Virus record (IMG/VR): IMGVR_UViG_3300008450_000121
Span: 1 to 39,503 of that record
Direction: 5' to 3' (one strand)
Length of the DNA: 39,503 bases
DNA from: a virus
Taxonomy: Duplodnaviria > Caudoviricetes
Position 1 is the first letter of the stretch. Each line of letters begins with the position of its first letter. A program made the position numbers and the translations under genes. Of this stretch, positions 17,283 through 27,737 are shown piece after piece. The notes beneath the pieces were generated by a model. The model saw nothing but the letters and a program-made list of their open reading frames with translations, ran no database searches and had not been told where the DNA came from.

Positions 17283-20200
17283 ATGACCGGAACAACAAAC
17301 ATGCTCACGGCAAAGTATCCAGTACTTAAATTAAAACCGCCTCCACCAAAAGGAGGCTTAACCACAGCAGTTTATGGTGATATTAACCGGTCCTTATATC
17401 ACACCACCACGACAGAAGAATTATTAGCACTCAGGGCATACAACCTGCTGGAATATCGCGTTAATTACAATAAGAAAAAGCCGGGCTATTTTGACATCGC
17501 AGCAACCGAGCGAGAGTTAGATGCGGCAGTTAAAAAAATTGCCGACAAAGGCTTATCTTTAGAAAGTTTGGCAAATAGACAATATAAACTTTTTGAAAAA
17601 GAATATAAAAAATATGAAGGCTTAACACCAAGTCAGCAAGTCGATTTAGGCAAAAAGAGAGTAGCTGAAACCGCGCCTGAAAGAGGTCAAGACTTTAAAA
17701 AAGATACTGAGTATTTTGATAAGCTTAGAGAAGAAATCAGGATTACAGAAAAAAGCAAAGATGTTCAAGGTAACTTAAAATCTCAAATCTTAAAACAAGG
17801 AACCACGGGCAAGTGGTCAGGGGAGGGTTTTGGGTCTGCCGATGCAAACGCATCCGTTATGGCAAGTAAACTGGCCTCTATAGGTATTGAGCGCCTTGAG
17901 GATTTTGGCAGAGTTCCGATTCTTGAGCCTATTAATGAAGCTCGTTACTACAACGGGCGTCAAGTTTTTAACTCTGCGAATCCCCCGCCACGCGTAAATC
18001 CCGCATATATCATAAATAATGATAAGCCACCTGCTGGTGATTACACCATGGAGACTCGTTATGATGAAATGAACGGGGTAACTTATTACGTATTCAATGA
18101 GGTTCCCAAAAACGCCAAAGTTGAATCTGTATACACCGCAACTGTCGATCTAGGGGGCGCAAATGAAGATGGTAGTGGCGGGACTGTGTATGGTCAACGT
18201 CCTCTTGACAGCAACGAACTAAATTACGTTGTGAACAAGGATGGTAAGGCGTATTTGAAGCTCGGAGAGACTTACGGCAACAAAAAAACTGGCGCAATAA
18301 TGCCCTCGGAGTATGACAGGTCTGGGGGCGCAATTTGGAGCGGTACATTCGCAGGCAAAGGTTCCACGGGCTTCGGGGTTAGTTTTAATGAGTTGGGGAT
18401 GCCCGTCTTCTACACCCAGTACGGTGGGTCTACAAGCGACTGGGGCGCGATTTCCAGTATTTTGGGCGTAGCCTCAATGATCCCCGGTCCGCATCAGCCA
18501 TTTACCATGGCGCTGAATGCGATTGGGCAAGCCGCTAACGGCAATACCTTGGGTGCGGTTTTAAGCGCTCTTGGGGCTGCTAAGGCATACGGTCAAGCGT
18601 ACAATACTTTGCCCACTGAAATTGGCACGCAGTCGTTTGACATTGACACCCTTGACGATTACGTGGCCGCAGGCGTAGAAAACACCGCCGCCAACTGGCT
18701 TGCAACAAACGCAGGCACAATTCAAACAGTGACGCAGGGTGTTCAGCTTTTAAACGCATTGGATAAAGGCAACCTGCAAGGCATTATCTCTTCTTTGGCG
18801 GGCCTTTCTCCTCAGATTGGCGTTTCAATTCCCGAAGATTTAATGCGTCCAGTGCAGTATGCCGCTGTTGCCTCGGCTATTAGCAAGGGAGATTTTACGG
18901 GCGCTTCTTTGGCGGCGGCAACATTGACGGGTAACTCCAACGTAAAAGTTGCAGTCAATGGAGCAAATTTTGTCAGGGCTTTAAAGTCAGGCAACCCAGC
19001 CTCAATGCTCTCTGCGTCCATTGGTTTTGCGAAAGAAGCTCAGCTAGGTGGATTATTTCTCTCGGATGCGTCAAAACAAATTGGCATCCCTTTGTCGGAA
19101 AAGAACGCAAGCGATTTGCTCTCTATACCGGAAGGACAAGCTGACGAGCAAGTCAAAGAATATTACAAGGAAGTTCAAGAAGTAAAAGCGGACTACAAGA
19201 AAAACTTTGGCGAAGATTTGACTGATGAAAAACTTTTAGATTTTGCAGAGTCAGGTGGAATTAAAAACGGGTACGAAAAATTTGTTTCTGATGTTCGTTA
19301 CGACGAAGCCACTTTTGATTCCAGTGAATTGGCTGAAGCTTATAAAGCTGTGTACGGCAAAGAGCCAACAAAGGAGTGGCTTGCCAGCGAAGAAGCCTTT
19401 GACATGCTTGGGCGCTCCGATGCTCAGGGTGAAAATCTTGTTTACAATTATTACATCAAAGACAAGAACGAAACCACAGAGGCCGAGGCAATTGAACTGC
19501 TGAAAAGTGCTGGATTGAAAGAGTCCGACATCACACCAGCTCAAATCAAATCCGTGGTCGGTGCGCCAGAAAAAGCTGTTACAGACTTCTTCCAATACTT
19601 GGCCGTAGAGCGCCAGTTGTATTTTGATGGCAGTGAATACAAAAGCCAGATTGAAGCGCAGAACGAAGCCATTGAAATGGGCTATGAGGCCTATACGTGG
19701 GGTGGCCAGTCATTTAAGATCATGACGCCTGAGCAAGAGGGCGAGATTAAAGACGAGATAAAAAATTCGTCATCGTTTAACAAGGCATTTGGCGATGCCA
19801 TGAAGCGGCTTGGCCCCGGTAAAACGTTTGAGTGGACAAACCCTAAAACGGGTGAAACCAAGACGTACAAAACTGAATACGCCACCACGAATAAGAATGT
19901 TCCGTTTGATGGCTCGAAGGCTGCGACCAACGAGGATGCCGCAGCGCTTGCCGTTGCAAACAACAAGCTTTCTTTTGTTGGCCCAGACGGCAAGGTGTAT
20001 GCGGTTGATTTCAAGCAAGCCAAAACCATTTTGGAGACGCAAAATCAGTCGCAAGCTGAAACCAACAGATTGCTGCGCCAAGCTATCAAGCCAGCCACGG
20101 ACGAGTCCATGGCCGAAACGCAGCGGCTCATGTCCGCTGGCAAGCCGGGCGTCACAGATCAAGTCTCAACTGTTCTTGCCAATACCTTTGCTACCACGGC

Positions 20201-23200
20201 GCAAGGTCTGGGTAAGCTGGTTCAGTCTTATGCCGACGCTTATTCTTTGGCTACAGGAGAAGGTCTAGGTAACTCCGTTTACAAAGCCGGTCAAATGTTG
20301 GAGGCCTACGGCAAAGAAAAGCAGGTTTATGGCGCTGATGTTCAAACAGAACGAATGGCTCAAGTTCAAAAACTTGCTGCCGAGGCTGACAGTGAACTTG
20401 ATCGCTGGAAAATTCTTGCTCAAGGCGCAGCTAAATATCCGATTGGCTTCTGGGGTGACGTTGGAAAAGAGTTTGGACAAGAAGCGCCAACTGTTTTAAC
20501 TGGCCTTGCGGCTGGTGCGGCCTTAATCGCTGGCGCTCCTGCTTTTGCTGTTGCCGGGGCTGTTAAAGCGGCAACCACATTCTTTGAAACTGTTGAGGTT
20601 TTTGGTGCAGAAGGTGCTGCGGTAGAGCGCTCCCTTTTGGCAAAAAATGTTCCTGCTGACCAAGCCAGAGAAGCCGGTTTGATGCAAGGGACTTTTGCTG
20701 CTGCAATCACAATTCCAACCGAGTACCTTGCCAACAAAGCTTTGGTTGACGTTTGGTTCAAGGGCGTAAAAGACGCAACCATAGGCACAGTCATTGCAAG
20801 GGGCGGAAGTGCTGTTAGCGCTCAAGTTGCCGCAGAGATGATGCAGACACTGCCTACTGCTCTGAGTTCCCAGTATCTCATCAATGGCAAGACGGATATA
20901 AATGCCGCGCTGGCTGGAACCTATTACTCCGCCATGGTTTCCGCAGGAACAACCGGAACCCTTGTTGCCCCAACTTCAATACGCGATGCCGTCGTTGTTG
21001 CAAAGGACACTGCTGGCAACAACATGACTTGGAAGGAATTTACTTCCGGCACAAAGGTGGCTGACCTGAAGACGCTTGATTTGTCCGCGCAAATTGGGCA
21101 ATCAAAAGATGGTGATGCGATAACGCTGGGCACCTTAACAGCCGCCCCTGTTGGTGGCCTGCCAAGCTATGAGTTTTTGAAGGATGTGTTGCCGTCTTCG
21201 GTGACAAACCAAAATTACATTGTCGGAACAGACGCGCTTGGCGACCCCGTAACTCTGGACATGCTTACCAATCAGGTTACAAGCAAAACGAGCTACGACA
21301 CAGTTTTCAACAACTTGTTGACGACAACGCCTCAGCAAAGAAACGAAGCTCAGTACGATTTCCTTAAAACCGTTTTAGATGACTCTAATTACACATTCAC
21401 AGAATCAGAAGTAAGGGCGTTGATAAAAGATAACCCCGCAGGACGGGAAGCGATCAAAGCTCAGGTTGATACCTACACCAAACCTCGGCAGGTAACAAGA
21501 GCAGAGGCTGAGCAATTTTTCAAAGAAATTGGTTACAAGCCAACCAAAGAAGAGGTTGACCAATTTATTCGCCAAGGCTCAAGTATCAATCAAGATACCG
21601 TCAAGAATGAGCTTGCAGCTTACGTTGATCCAAGGTTTGTTGATGAGCAAGAAGCCCGTCAGGAGTTGATAAATCTTGGCTATACCGATCCAACACCGGA
21701 TGAAATAAATGCATTTATTGGGCAAAAAGACGAAACGTCCACTCTCAAAGCCATCCAAGAACAATACAACCCACTAGCCACAACCCTTGAAGAGGCCAAG
21801 CAGATGATGCGGGACCTCGGGTACACGAACTTCACCGACGCAGAGGCAATGTCTTTTGCTGGGAAGATTAAAGAAGCTGATGCTCGGACGAATGTTGGAG
21901 CTTACGTTGATCCACGTCAGATCACGCAGGATGAGGCAAAGAAGTTCTTTGCTGAATTTAACTACGTCCCAACACCAGAAGAGTTGGCTTCTTATGTGCG
22001 CCAAGGTTCTGGCATCAACCAAGAAAATGTTCGCGCCGAGCTTGAGCAGTACATTGATCCTCGCTTGGTGACTGAGCAAGAAGCTAAAGACGCCTATGCA
22101 GCTCTAGGTTTAAACAAGCCAACGCAAGCTGACATTTTGAAGCTTATTGGGCAATACGACGAGACTGGGCTTACCGGAAAAGCCACAGAAAACTTGGACG
22201 CTGCAAAATACAACTCACTGCTCCAGCAGATTGAGCAGTTGGGCGCTCAGTCCAATATTGATCCTGCTGCGCTGGAAGCCATTAAAAACGACTTGAATGC
22301 GCAGATCACAGCACTCGGCGGGGATGTAACGAAGTTGCAGGCTGGTTTGGACTCTGTTGTCGCAGCACAAGCCACTGCGGCCACACAACTCGCAGATTTG
22401 AAAAACAGCTTGTCTGCCGAAATCCAAGCCGCCAAAGACACTGGTCTTGAGGGTGACGCAGCCATCCAAGCTGGCTTAGACAGCTTGGCTCAGAAAGTTG
22501 GAACCAATCAGGCCGATCTGCTCAAGCAGCTTGGCACGACTGCCGCCGACCTAAAGACGCAGTTTGCCACTGACTTGGCCCAAACCGAGAGGGATATTCT
22601 TGCTGAAGTAGCGAAGAATGAAAAAGCCGGGATGTCCCGCGATGCCGCGCTTCAAAAAGCCATCAACACTGTTGCAGCCGCCCAGAAGAAAGACGTTGCA
22701 GCTCTGACTAAGAGCATCAGCGGGCTTGGCACAGACCTTGGCAAAGAGATTGCCGCAGTACAGGCCAACCTTGAGGCCCAGATGCGGACTCAGTACGACA
22801 GCCTGACCGCTGCGCAGAAAGCTGCCGCCGATGCACTGGTTGCTCAAGGCAAGACATTGCAAGACGCAATTGCTGCCGCAAAGGCTGAGACTGCGGGGCA
22901 GATTGCTGATGTCGAGACCCGACTAACGGAAGCCATTGCAGCCGCTGAAGCCATGGGGCTAACCCGCGATCAAGCCATCACTGCTGCCGTCGAGTCTGTG
23001 GCTGCTGAGCTGGGCACGACCAAGGCCAGCCTGCTCACCCAGTTGGGCACGACCGAGGCCGCTTTGCGCACTGAGTTTGGCGCCGGGTTGGCTGGCGTAA
23101 GCGCAGAGGTAAAGGCTGCCTACGATGCCCTGTCGGTTGAGCAGAAGGCCTTGGCCGATCAGTTGACAAAGCAAGGCACCGATCTGGCGACCGCCATCCA

Positions 23201-24137
23201 GACGGCGCAACAGCAGACCCAAAGTCAGATTGGCGCACTGTCTGCGGACATGCAGGCCAAGTACAACGCCCTAACTGCCGAGCAGAAAGCCCTTGCCAAT
23301 GACATGGCCCAGCAGGGTATGGACCTGACGGCTGCCATCAACTTGGCGCAGCAGCAAACCCAAGCCCAGATTACCGGCCTTGGTGAGCAAGTGGATGCCC
23401 GCATCAACGAGCTGATGCAGCAGGGCCAGACCTACCAGCAGGCCACCCAGCAGGCTATTGGGGAGCTGAACACTAAGAACCAGCAGCTTCAGAATTTGGT
23501 CGGGACTCAGGGCCGTGCGGCCACACAGGCTGACATCGACGCCATGAGCCAAATGCTTGGCGGTCAGCGTGCGGTTGATCTTTCCTATGATGTGACGGGT
23601 GACAAGCAAGTTACGCAAGCCGATATTGACTTCCTGACTCAGGTGGTCAGCGGAGTGAAGACGGATTGGACCGCCCCAGTCGGTTCGTTCCTTGGCCCAA
23701 CAGGTTTGTATGGCCAACTGGCAACCAATGAAGCCCAGAGGCAAGCTGATTTGGCCAGCTCTCAGCGCCAGCGAGATGCGGACTTGCTGGAGGCGCAGCG
23801 CCAACGAGAGCGGGAAGATGCTGCCGCCAAAGAAGAAGCCCGAAGAGCCAACATCAGGTCCAATTTGTCCCAAGGGCGGCAGCAATTGCAAGGCATTCAG
23901 CAGCAGTTGCCACAAGCCCTTCAGGCTGCCCAAGAGGTCAGCACGCCAATTTACGGGCAAATGGGACCATATTTGGATATTGGCAGTGAATTGGACTTTG
24001 GTTTTTTCAAGCCAAGTCCTGAGAAACAAGCTGCCACAAAACAACAGCAAACGACTAAAATCGCCGCAGGTGGGTACATTGACGACCTACTGGCGGAGGA
24101 TATGACGGCAGATGACCTGCTAAACCTCTTACGCTAA
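17283..24137 (+). CDS. Giant (~2284 aa) putative internal virion/ejection protein
   Basis: SD AAAGGA before ATG 17283; hydrophobic Ala/Gly-rich segments, helical repeats, long coiled coil; positioned after the nozzle gene. Confidence 0.75.
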   Translation: MTGTTNMLTAKYPVLKLKPPPPKGGLTTAVYGDINRSLYHTTTTEELLALRAYNLLEYRVNYNKKKPGYFDIAATERELDAAVKKIADKGLSLESLANRQYKLFEKEYKKYEGLTPSQQVDLGKKRVAETAPERGQDFKKDTEYFDKLREEIRITEKSKDVQGNLKSQILKQGTTGKWSGEGFGSADANASVMASKLASIGIERLEDFGRVPILEPINEARYYNGRQVFNSANPPPRVNPAYIINNDKPPAGDYTMETRYDEMNGVTYYVFNEVPKNAKVESVYTATVDLGGANEDGSGGTVYGQRPLDSNELNYVVNKDGKAYLKLGETYGNKKTGAIMPSEYDRSGGAIWSGTFAGKGSTGFGVSFNELGMPVFYTQYGGSTSDWGAISSILGVASMIPGPHQPFTMALNAIGQAANGNTLGAVLSALGAAKAYGQAYNTLPTEIGTQSFDIDTLDDYVAAGVENTAANWLATNAGTIQTVTQGVQLLNALDKGNLQGIISSLAGLSPQIGVSIPEDLMRPVQYAAVASAISKGDFTGASLAAATLTGNSNVKVAVNGANFVRALKSGNPASMLSASIGFAKEAQLGGLFLSDASKQIGIPLSEKNASDLLSIPEGQADEQVKEYYKEVQEVKADYKKNFGEDLTDEKLLDFAESGGIKNGYEKFVSDVRYDEATFDSSELAEAYKAVYGKEPTKEWLASEEAFDMLGRSDAQGENLVYNYYIKDKNETTEAEAIELLKSAGLKESDITPAQIKSVVGAPEKAVTDFFQYLAVERQLYFDGSEYKSQIEAQNEAIEMGYEAYTWGGQSFKIMTPEQEGEIKDEIKNSSSFNKAFGDAMKRLGPGKTFEWTNPKTGETKTYKTEYATTNKNVPFDGSKAATNEDAAALAVANNKLSFVGPDGKVYAVDFKQAKTILETQNQSQAETNRLLRQAIKPATDESMAETQRLMSAGKPGVTDQVSTVLANTFATTAQGLGKLVQSYADAYSLATGEGLGNSVYKAGQMLEAYGKEKQVYGADVQTERMAQVQKLAAEADSELDRWKILAQGAAKYPIGFWGDVGKEFGQEAPTVLTGLAAGAALIAGAPAFAVAGAVKAATTFFETVEVFGAEGAAVERSLLAKNVPADQAREAGLMQGTFAAAITIPTEYLANKALVDVWFKGVKDATIGTVIARGGSAVSAQVAAEMMQTLPTALSSQYLINGKTDINAALAGTYYSAMVSAGTTGTLVAPTSIRDAVVVAKDTAGNNMTWKEFTSGTKVADLKTLDLSAQIGQSKDGDAITLGTLTAAPVGGLPSYEFLKDVLPSSVTNQNYIVGTDALGDPVTLDMLTNQVTSKTSYDTVFNNLLTTTPQQRNEAQYDFLKTVLDDSNYTFTESEVRALIKDNPAGREAIKAQVDTYTKPRQVTRAEAEQFFKEIGYKPTKEEVDQFIRQGSSINQDTVKNELAAYVDPRFVDEQEARQELINLGYTDPTPDEINAFIGQKDETSTLKAIQEQYNPLATTLEEAKQMMRDLGYTNFTDAEAMSFAGKIKEADARTNVGAYVDPRQITQDEAKKFFAEFNYVPTPEELASYVRQGSGINQENVRAELEQYIDPRLVTEQEAKDAYAALGLNKPTQADILKLIGQYDETGLTGKATENLDAAKYNSLLQQIEQLGAQSNIDPAALEAIKNDLNAQITALGGDVTKLQAGLDSVVAAQATAATQLADLKNSLSAEIQAAKDTGLEGDAAIQAGLDSLAQKVGTNQADLLKQLGTTAADLKTQFATDLAQTERDILAEVAKNEKAGMSRDAALQKAINTVAAAQKKDVAALTKSISGLGTDLGKEIAAVQANLEAQMRTQYDSLTAAQKAAADALVAQGKTLQDAIAAAKAETAGQIADVETRLTEAIAAAEAMGLTRDQAITAAVESVAAELGTTKASLLTQLGTTEAALRTEFGAGLAGVSAEVKAAYDALSVEQKALADQLTKQGTDLATAIQTAQQQTQSQIGALSADMQAKYNALTAEQKALANDMAQQGMDLTAAINLAQQQTQAQITGLGEQVDARINELMQQGQTYQQATQQAIGELNTKNQQLQNLVGTQGRAATQADIDAMSQMLGGQRAVDLSYDVTGDKQVTQADIDFLTQVVSGVKTDWTAPVGSFLGPTGLYGQLATNEAQRQADLASSQRQRDADLLEAQRQREREDAAAKEEARRANIRSNLSQGRQQLQGIQQQLPQALQAAQEVSTPIYGQMGPYLDIGSELDFGFFKPSPEKQAATKQQQTTKIAAGGYIDDLLAEDMTADDLLNLLR
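21471..22190 (+). repeat. Five ~46-52 aa tandem repeats (Y-x-D-P-R...E-A...G-Y...P-T)
   Basis: Units begin YTKPR, YVDPR, YNPLA, YVDPR and YIDPR. Confidence 0.8.
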
Positions 24138-24147
24138 AGGAACGAAA

Positions 24148-26076
24148 ATGGACGACTACGAATTTGACTTTACCGGGGGCGAGTCACAAGATTACGATCT
24201 GACTTCATCCGAAGCTTTGGCGGGGCAAGGTTTTTTGCAAGACGAACTTGGCAACGCTTACAAGCTTGATGACTCCGGTAACTTGACTTTTAAAGACAGT
24301 AGCGGCGTTGACTTTACATACAACACAGAGAAAGGCGGCTTTGCAGACAAGGCTGGTAACCTTTCTAGTGGCAGTAATGCCATTTCCAATTACATACAAA
24401 AATACGGCGCAAAAGCAATTGATTTGCTTAAAACAAACGGCAAATTTGATCCGGCAAAATTGGCAACCCTTGGCGTTGGCGCGTACACCTTAATGAATAG
24501 GGGTGACTCTGGCGGCTACAACAAGCCAGTTCCCAAGATGGACGTGGTCCGTGAGCAGATTCAATACAACGACCCCAATCGTCGCCCCGGTGAAGCTGGC
24601 CGTCAGTATTTCACCGACCCGCGCTTTGCAGCGCAAGGAGACACTGCCGCCGCTCAAGCCGCATCCAATCAGCAGGCTGCTGGCATTAAAGCCGCCTATC
24701 AAGCCACTCCTGCTCAGGCTCCAAACCCCTATGTAGGCAAGATGCCAACATCTTGGAATCCAAAACCAGCAACCACTGGGGGCTCAACTGGTGCGCAGGC
24801 ATCCACTGGCCTGCCCGCAGTTATCACACCAGAGCAATACGCTGATCAAGGCGGAATCAAAATGGCACAAGGCGGCATCGCTGACGCAGGACGTTACCTG
24901 CAAGGAAAAACAGATGGAATGGCTGACGAAATCCCAAGTAGCATTGATGGCGAGCAACCTGCTGCGCTCAGCCATGGAGAGTTTGTCATTCCGGCTGATG
25001 TGGTATCTCATCTGGGCAACGGTAACTCTGATGCTGGCGCTCAAAAGCTCTACGAGATGATGGACCGCATCCGTCAGGCCCGTACCGGCACGACCAAGCA
25101 GGGCAAGGAAATCAACCCTGACGAGTTCACCATGGGTGGACTGGCTGCCGCTTACGCTGGCGGCGGCTCCGTTAAAGGATTTGATGGAACAACAGGCAGC
25201 TCAGTGAATGCAACAGGGGGAAGTGGCTCTGGTGGCGCTTCTACTGGCGCAGGCGTTCCTTTGGATACCTCCCGCACATCTACCCTATCTCCATGGGTGG
25301 GCGACTATGTGACCAACGCTCTGGGGCAAGGCGCTGCGCTGGCAAAGGCCCCTTACCAAGCCTACAAAGGCCCATTGACGGCTGGCGAATCCGACCTCCA
25401 GAAACAAGCTTTTCTTGGGGCAAGCGACATCGCCTCCGCTGGTTTTGAGCCCGGCAAGTTTGTTGGCGGGTTTGGAGTGGATCAGGCAAAGCAGTACATG
25501 AACCCGTATCTGCAAGCTTCACTTGACCCCCAATTGAAAGAGTTGCAGCGTCAATCGGACATTCAGCGTTTGGCTGATGCTGGTCGAATGACCAAAGCAG
25601 GTGCTTACGGCGGAAGTCGCCAAGCCATCATGGAGTCGGAGGCCCGTCGAAACCTGCTGGACAAGCAGGCCGGGATAATCGGCACTGGCTACAAGACGGC
25701 TTACGACACAGGCCTTGGTCAGTTCAACAAAGAAACCGAAGCCGAGGAAGCCTCTCGCAGGTACGGTGCAGATTTTGGTCTTAAGACTGTCGATCAGTTG
25801 GCCAAGTTGGGCGAAACTCAGCGCGACATTACCGCTCAAGGCGTGGCTGCTGACAAAACTCAGTTTGAAGAGCAGCGTGACTTTGCTTACAAGATTCCTC
25901 AGTACCAGCTTAACTTGCTGCAAGGTCTCCCGATTGGTGCAAACACCACATCGTCAGATCAAACTGGCCTTGCTAAAGTCCAAAGCGATATTGCTGGGCT
26001 GGGTGCTTTGTATAAACAACTTGCAGCTTTGGGTCAAACAGCCCCAGCGACCCCTGCTCCAACAACCCCCAAGTAA
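24148..26076 (+). CDS. Putative ejection/DNA transfer protein
   Basis: SD AAAGGA; GxTDGMADEIP...LSHGEFVIPADVV domain; C-terminal YMNPY...GAYGGSR helical region typical of podovirus pilot proteins. Confidence 0.7.
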   Translation: MDDYEFDFTGGESQDYDLTSSEALAGQGFLQDELGNAYKLDDSGNLTFKDSSGVDFTYNTEKGGFADKAGNLSSGSNAISNYIQKYGAKAIDLLKTNGKFDPAKLATLGVGAYTLMNRGDSGGYNKPVPKMDVVREQIQYNDPNRRPGEAGRQYFTDPRFAAQGDTAAAQAASNQQAAGIKAAYQATPAQAPNPYVGKMPTSWNPKPATTGGSTGAQASTGLPAVITPEQYADQGGIKMAQGGIADAGRYLQGKTDGMADEIPSSIDGEQPAALSHGEFVIPADVVSHLGNGNSDAGAQKLYEMMDRIRQARTGTTKQGKEINPDEFTMGGLAAAYAGGGSVKGFDGTTGSSVNATGGSGSGGASTGAGVPLDTSRTSTLSPWVGDYVTNALGQGAALAKAPYQAYKGPLTAGESDLQKQAFLGASDIASAGFEPGKFVGGFGVDQAKQYMNPYLQASLDPQLKELQRQSDIQRLADAGRMTKAGAYGGSRQAIMESEARRNLLDKQAGIIGTGYKTAYDTGLGQFNKETEAEEASRRYGADFGLKTVDQLAKLGETQRDITAQGVAADKTQFEEQRDFAYKIPQYQLNLLQGLPIGANTTSSDQTGLAKVQSDIAGLGALYKQLAALGQTAPATPAPTTPK

Positions 26077-26085
26077 GGCGGTGTT

Positions 26086-27735
26086 ATGAATCTCGTACAA
26101 ATCAACGAACGTTTAAAAGACCTGCCACCACAGGTGCTCAAGCAATATGCCGACGGCATGAATCCCGAGGTTCCGCCTTATTTGGCGCTTGGTGAGTTGC
26201 AGCGCCGGGAGATCGCGGAGAAGAAGATGGCTGCCACGCAGGGTGGAGCGCAAGGCCCCCAGCCCAGCATTAAGGAACAGCTAGAGCAGAAGGCTGGCTT
26301 GATGGCTCTTCAGCAGATGCAGCAGCAACAAGCGCAGCAGCAGCAGCCTCGCGGCCCTATGCCTGCACCCGCTGGCGTTCCTCAACCTCAAGCTCAGCCC
26401 CAAGCCCCATTCATGGCAGCTCGCGGCGGTCTGGCTTCTGTGCCTGTTCAATTTGCGTTTAAACCCGGCGGCATCGTTGCTTTTAGTAATGGCGGAGACA
26501 CCATGGGTACGCCAAGTTTAAGAGACCAAGACTTGGCTGCGCAAGCGGCTGAATTGGCTGCGGAGGATCGAAAGAAAGCAGCCGTTGCCGCAAAAATAGC
26601 GGAGCTTGAGAAAAAGGCAAATGAGTTGGATTATGTTGCCCCCGAGATGGCTGGAGAAGTTCGCGCTCAGATTGCGGCTCTCACTGCCGATCAACCAGCC
26701 ACACAGCGGCCATCTTCACCAGTCCCGGCAATGAAAAGTCCGCAACCAACCCAGCAAACATATGTTCGCGGTGCGGGTCCTGTTGCGCCCAGACAAGAGC
26801 GCCCAGCTCCTCGTCCAGATGCCGCTCGTCCAGCCACGCAACCTGCACAAACAGGATTGCCTGCCGCAGCCAGCCGCTCCCCATATTTCGCGCAGGCAGA
26901 TGCTGCTTTAAACGAGCCAAACGTCAAGCCCACGCCAGAAGGAATCATTGCGGAGCAAAAAGCCCTGTCTCCAGAAGCCATGCAAGAAGAGTTCATGAAA
27001 AAACGCATGGCAGAGCAAAGGGAGCGTGCTGCTGGTGAACGTGCTGCGTTCGAGAGGACCCGTCCATCAGGTCTGGATGACTTGATCCGTGTGTTCGGTC
27101 AGGCTGGTCAGTACAAAGGCTTGTCCGGCACTGGCCCTGCATACACCGCAAATGAGCAGCAAAAACGCGCTCAAGAGCTGGCAATGGAGAGACGTCAGAA
27201 CGAACTGATGACGGCAATTGATACACGCGAATACGAAGGCGGCAAAGAGCTGTTTGGTGCTCGAACCAGAGCCATGGAGTCTGCTAACAAGTCGTTCCAA
27301 GATCGCCTGAAATCACGCGCAGAAACCTTGGCCCAGCTTGCTAATGTGGATCAGCGGTCAATGGACTCTGTGCTTGATCGTTTAAACAACATGCAAATTG
27401 CTCAGTTGCGTAGTGCCGCTGAGTCTCGTCCTAGCGAGGCCGAGCGCATTGAGGCCACCTACATTGGTTTGATTGCCCAAAACAAACCCAAAGAAGCTGA
27501 AGAGTTTCTCGCAAGAATCTCAAGAATCAAGCGTGGCGGAGACAAGGAAGACACCTTGGGCAAAGAGATTGCGAAGAAGAGGGTGGAGATTGCCTCTATG
27601 CCGATGTCGCCAAAAATGAAGCAAGATGCGTTGGACAACCTTGCTGCGCTTGAACGGCAGCAAGGCGGAGGCTCGGGTAGCGCCAGCCAATCAGGTAAAG
27701 TTCCACCACCTCCACCCGGCTTTAAAGTGAACTGA
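26086..27735 (+). CDS. Putative ejection protein (Gln/Pro-rich, helical)
   Basis: Continuous ORF with AARGG, FKPGG and FSNGG motifs; C-terminal PPPPPGF. Confidence 0.7.
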   Translation: MNLVQINERLKDLPPQVLKQYADGMNPEVPPYLALGELQRREIAEKKMAATQGGAQGPQPSIKEQLEQKAGLMALQQMQQQQAQQQQPRGPMPAPAGVPQPQAQPQAPFMAARGGLASVPVQFAFKPGGIVAFSNGGDTMGTPSLRDQDLAAQAAELAAEDRKKAAVAAKIAELEKKANELDYVAPEMAGEVRAQIAALTADQPATQRPSSPVPAMKSPQPTQQTYVRGAGPVAPRQERPAPRPDAARPATQPAQTGLPAAASRSPYFAQADAALNEPNVKPTPEGIIAEQKALSPEAMQEEFMKKRMAEQRERAAGERAAFERTRPSGLDDLIRVFGQAGQYKGLSGTGPAYTANEQQKRAQELAMERRQNELMTAIDTREYEGGKELFGARTRAMESANKSFQDRLKSRAETLAQLANVDQRSMDSVLDRLNNMQIAQLRSAAESRPSEAERIEATYIGLIAQNKPKEAEEFLARISRIKRGGDKEDTLGKEIAKKRVEIASMPMSPKMKQDALDNLAALERQQGGGSGSASQSGKVPPPPPGFKVN

Positions 27736-27737
27736 AC

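Noticed and set aside
17283-24137. Calling the giant protein a siphovirus tape measure or a virion RNA polymerase
   Set aside because: No tail tube or chaperone frameshift genes are adjacent, and no polymerase motifs (e.g. DxDGD) were seen
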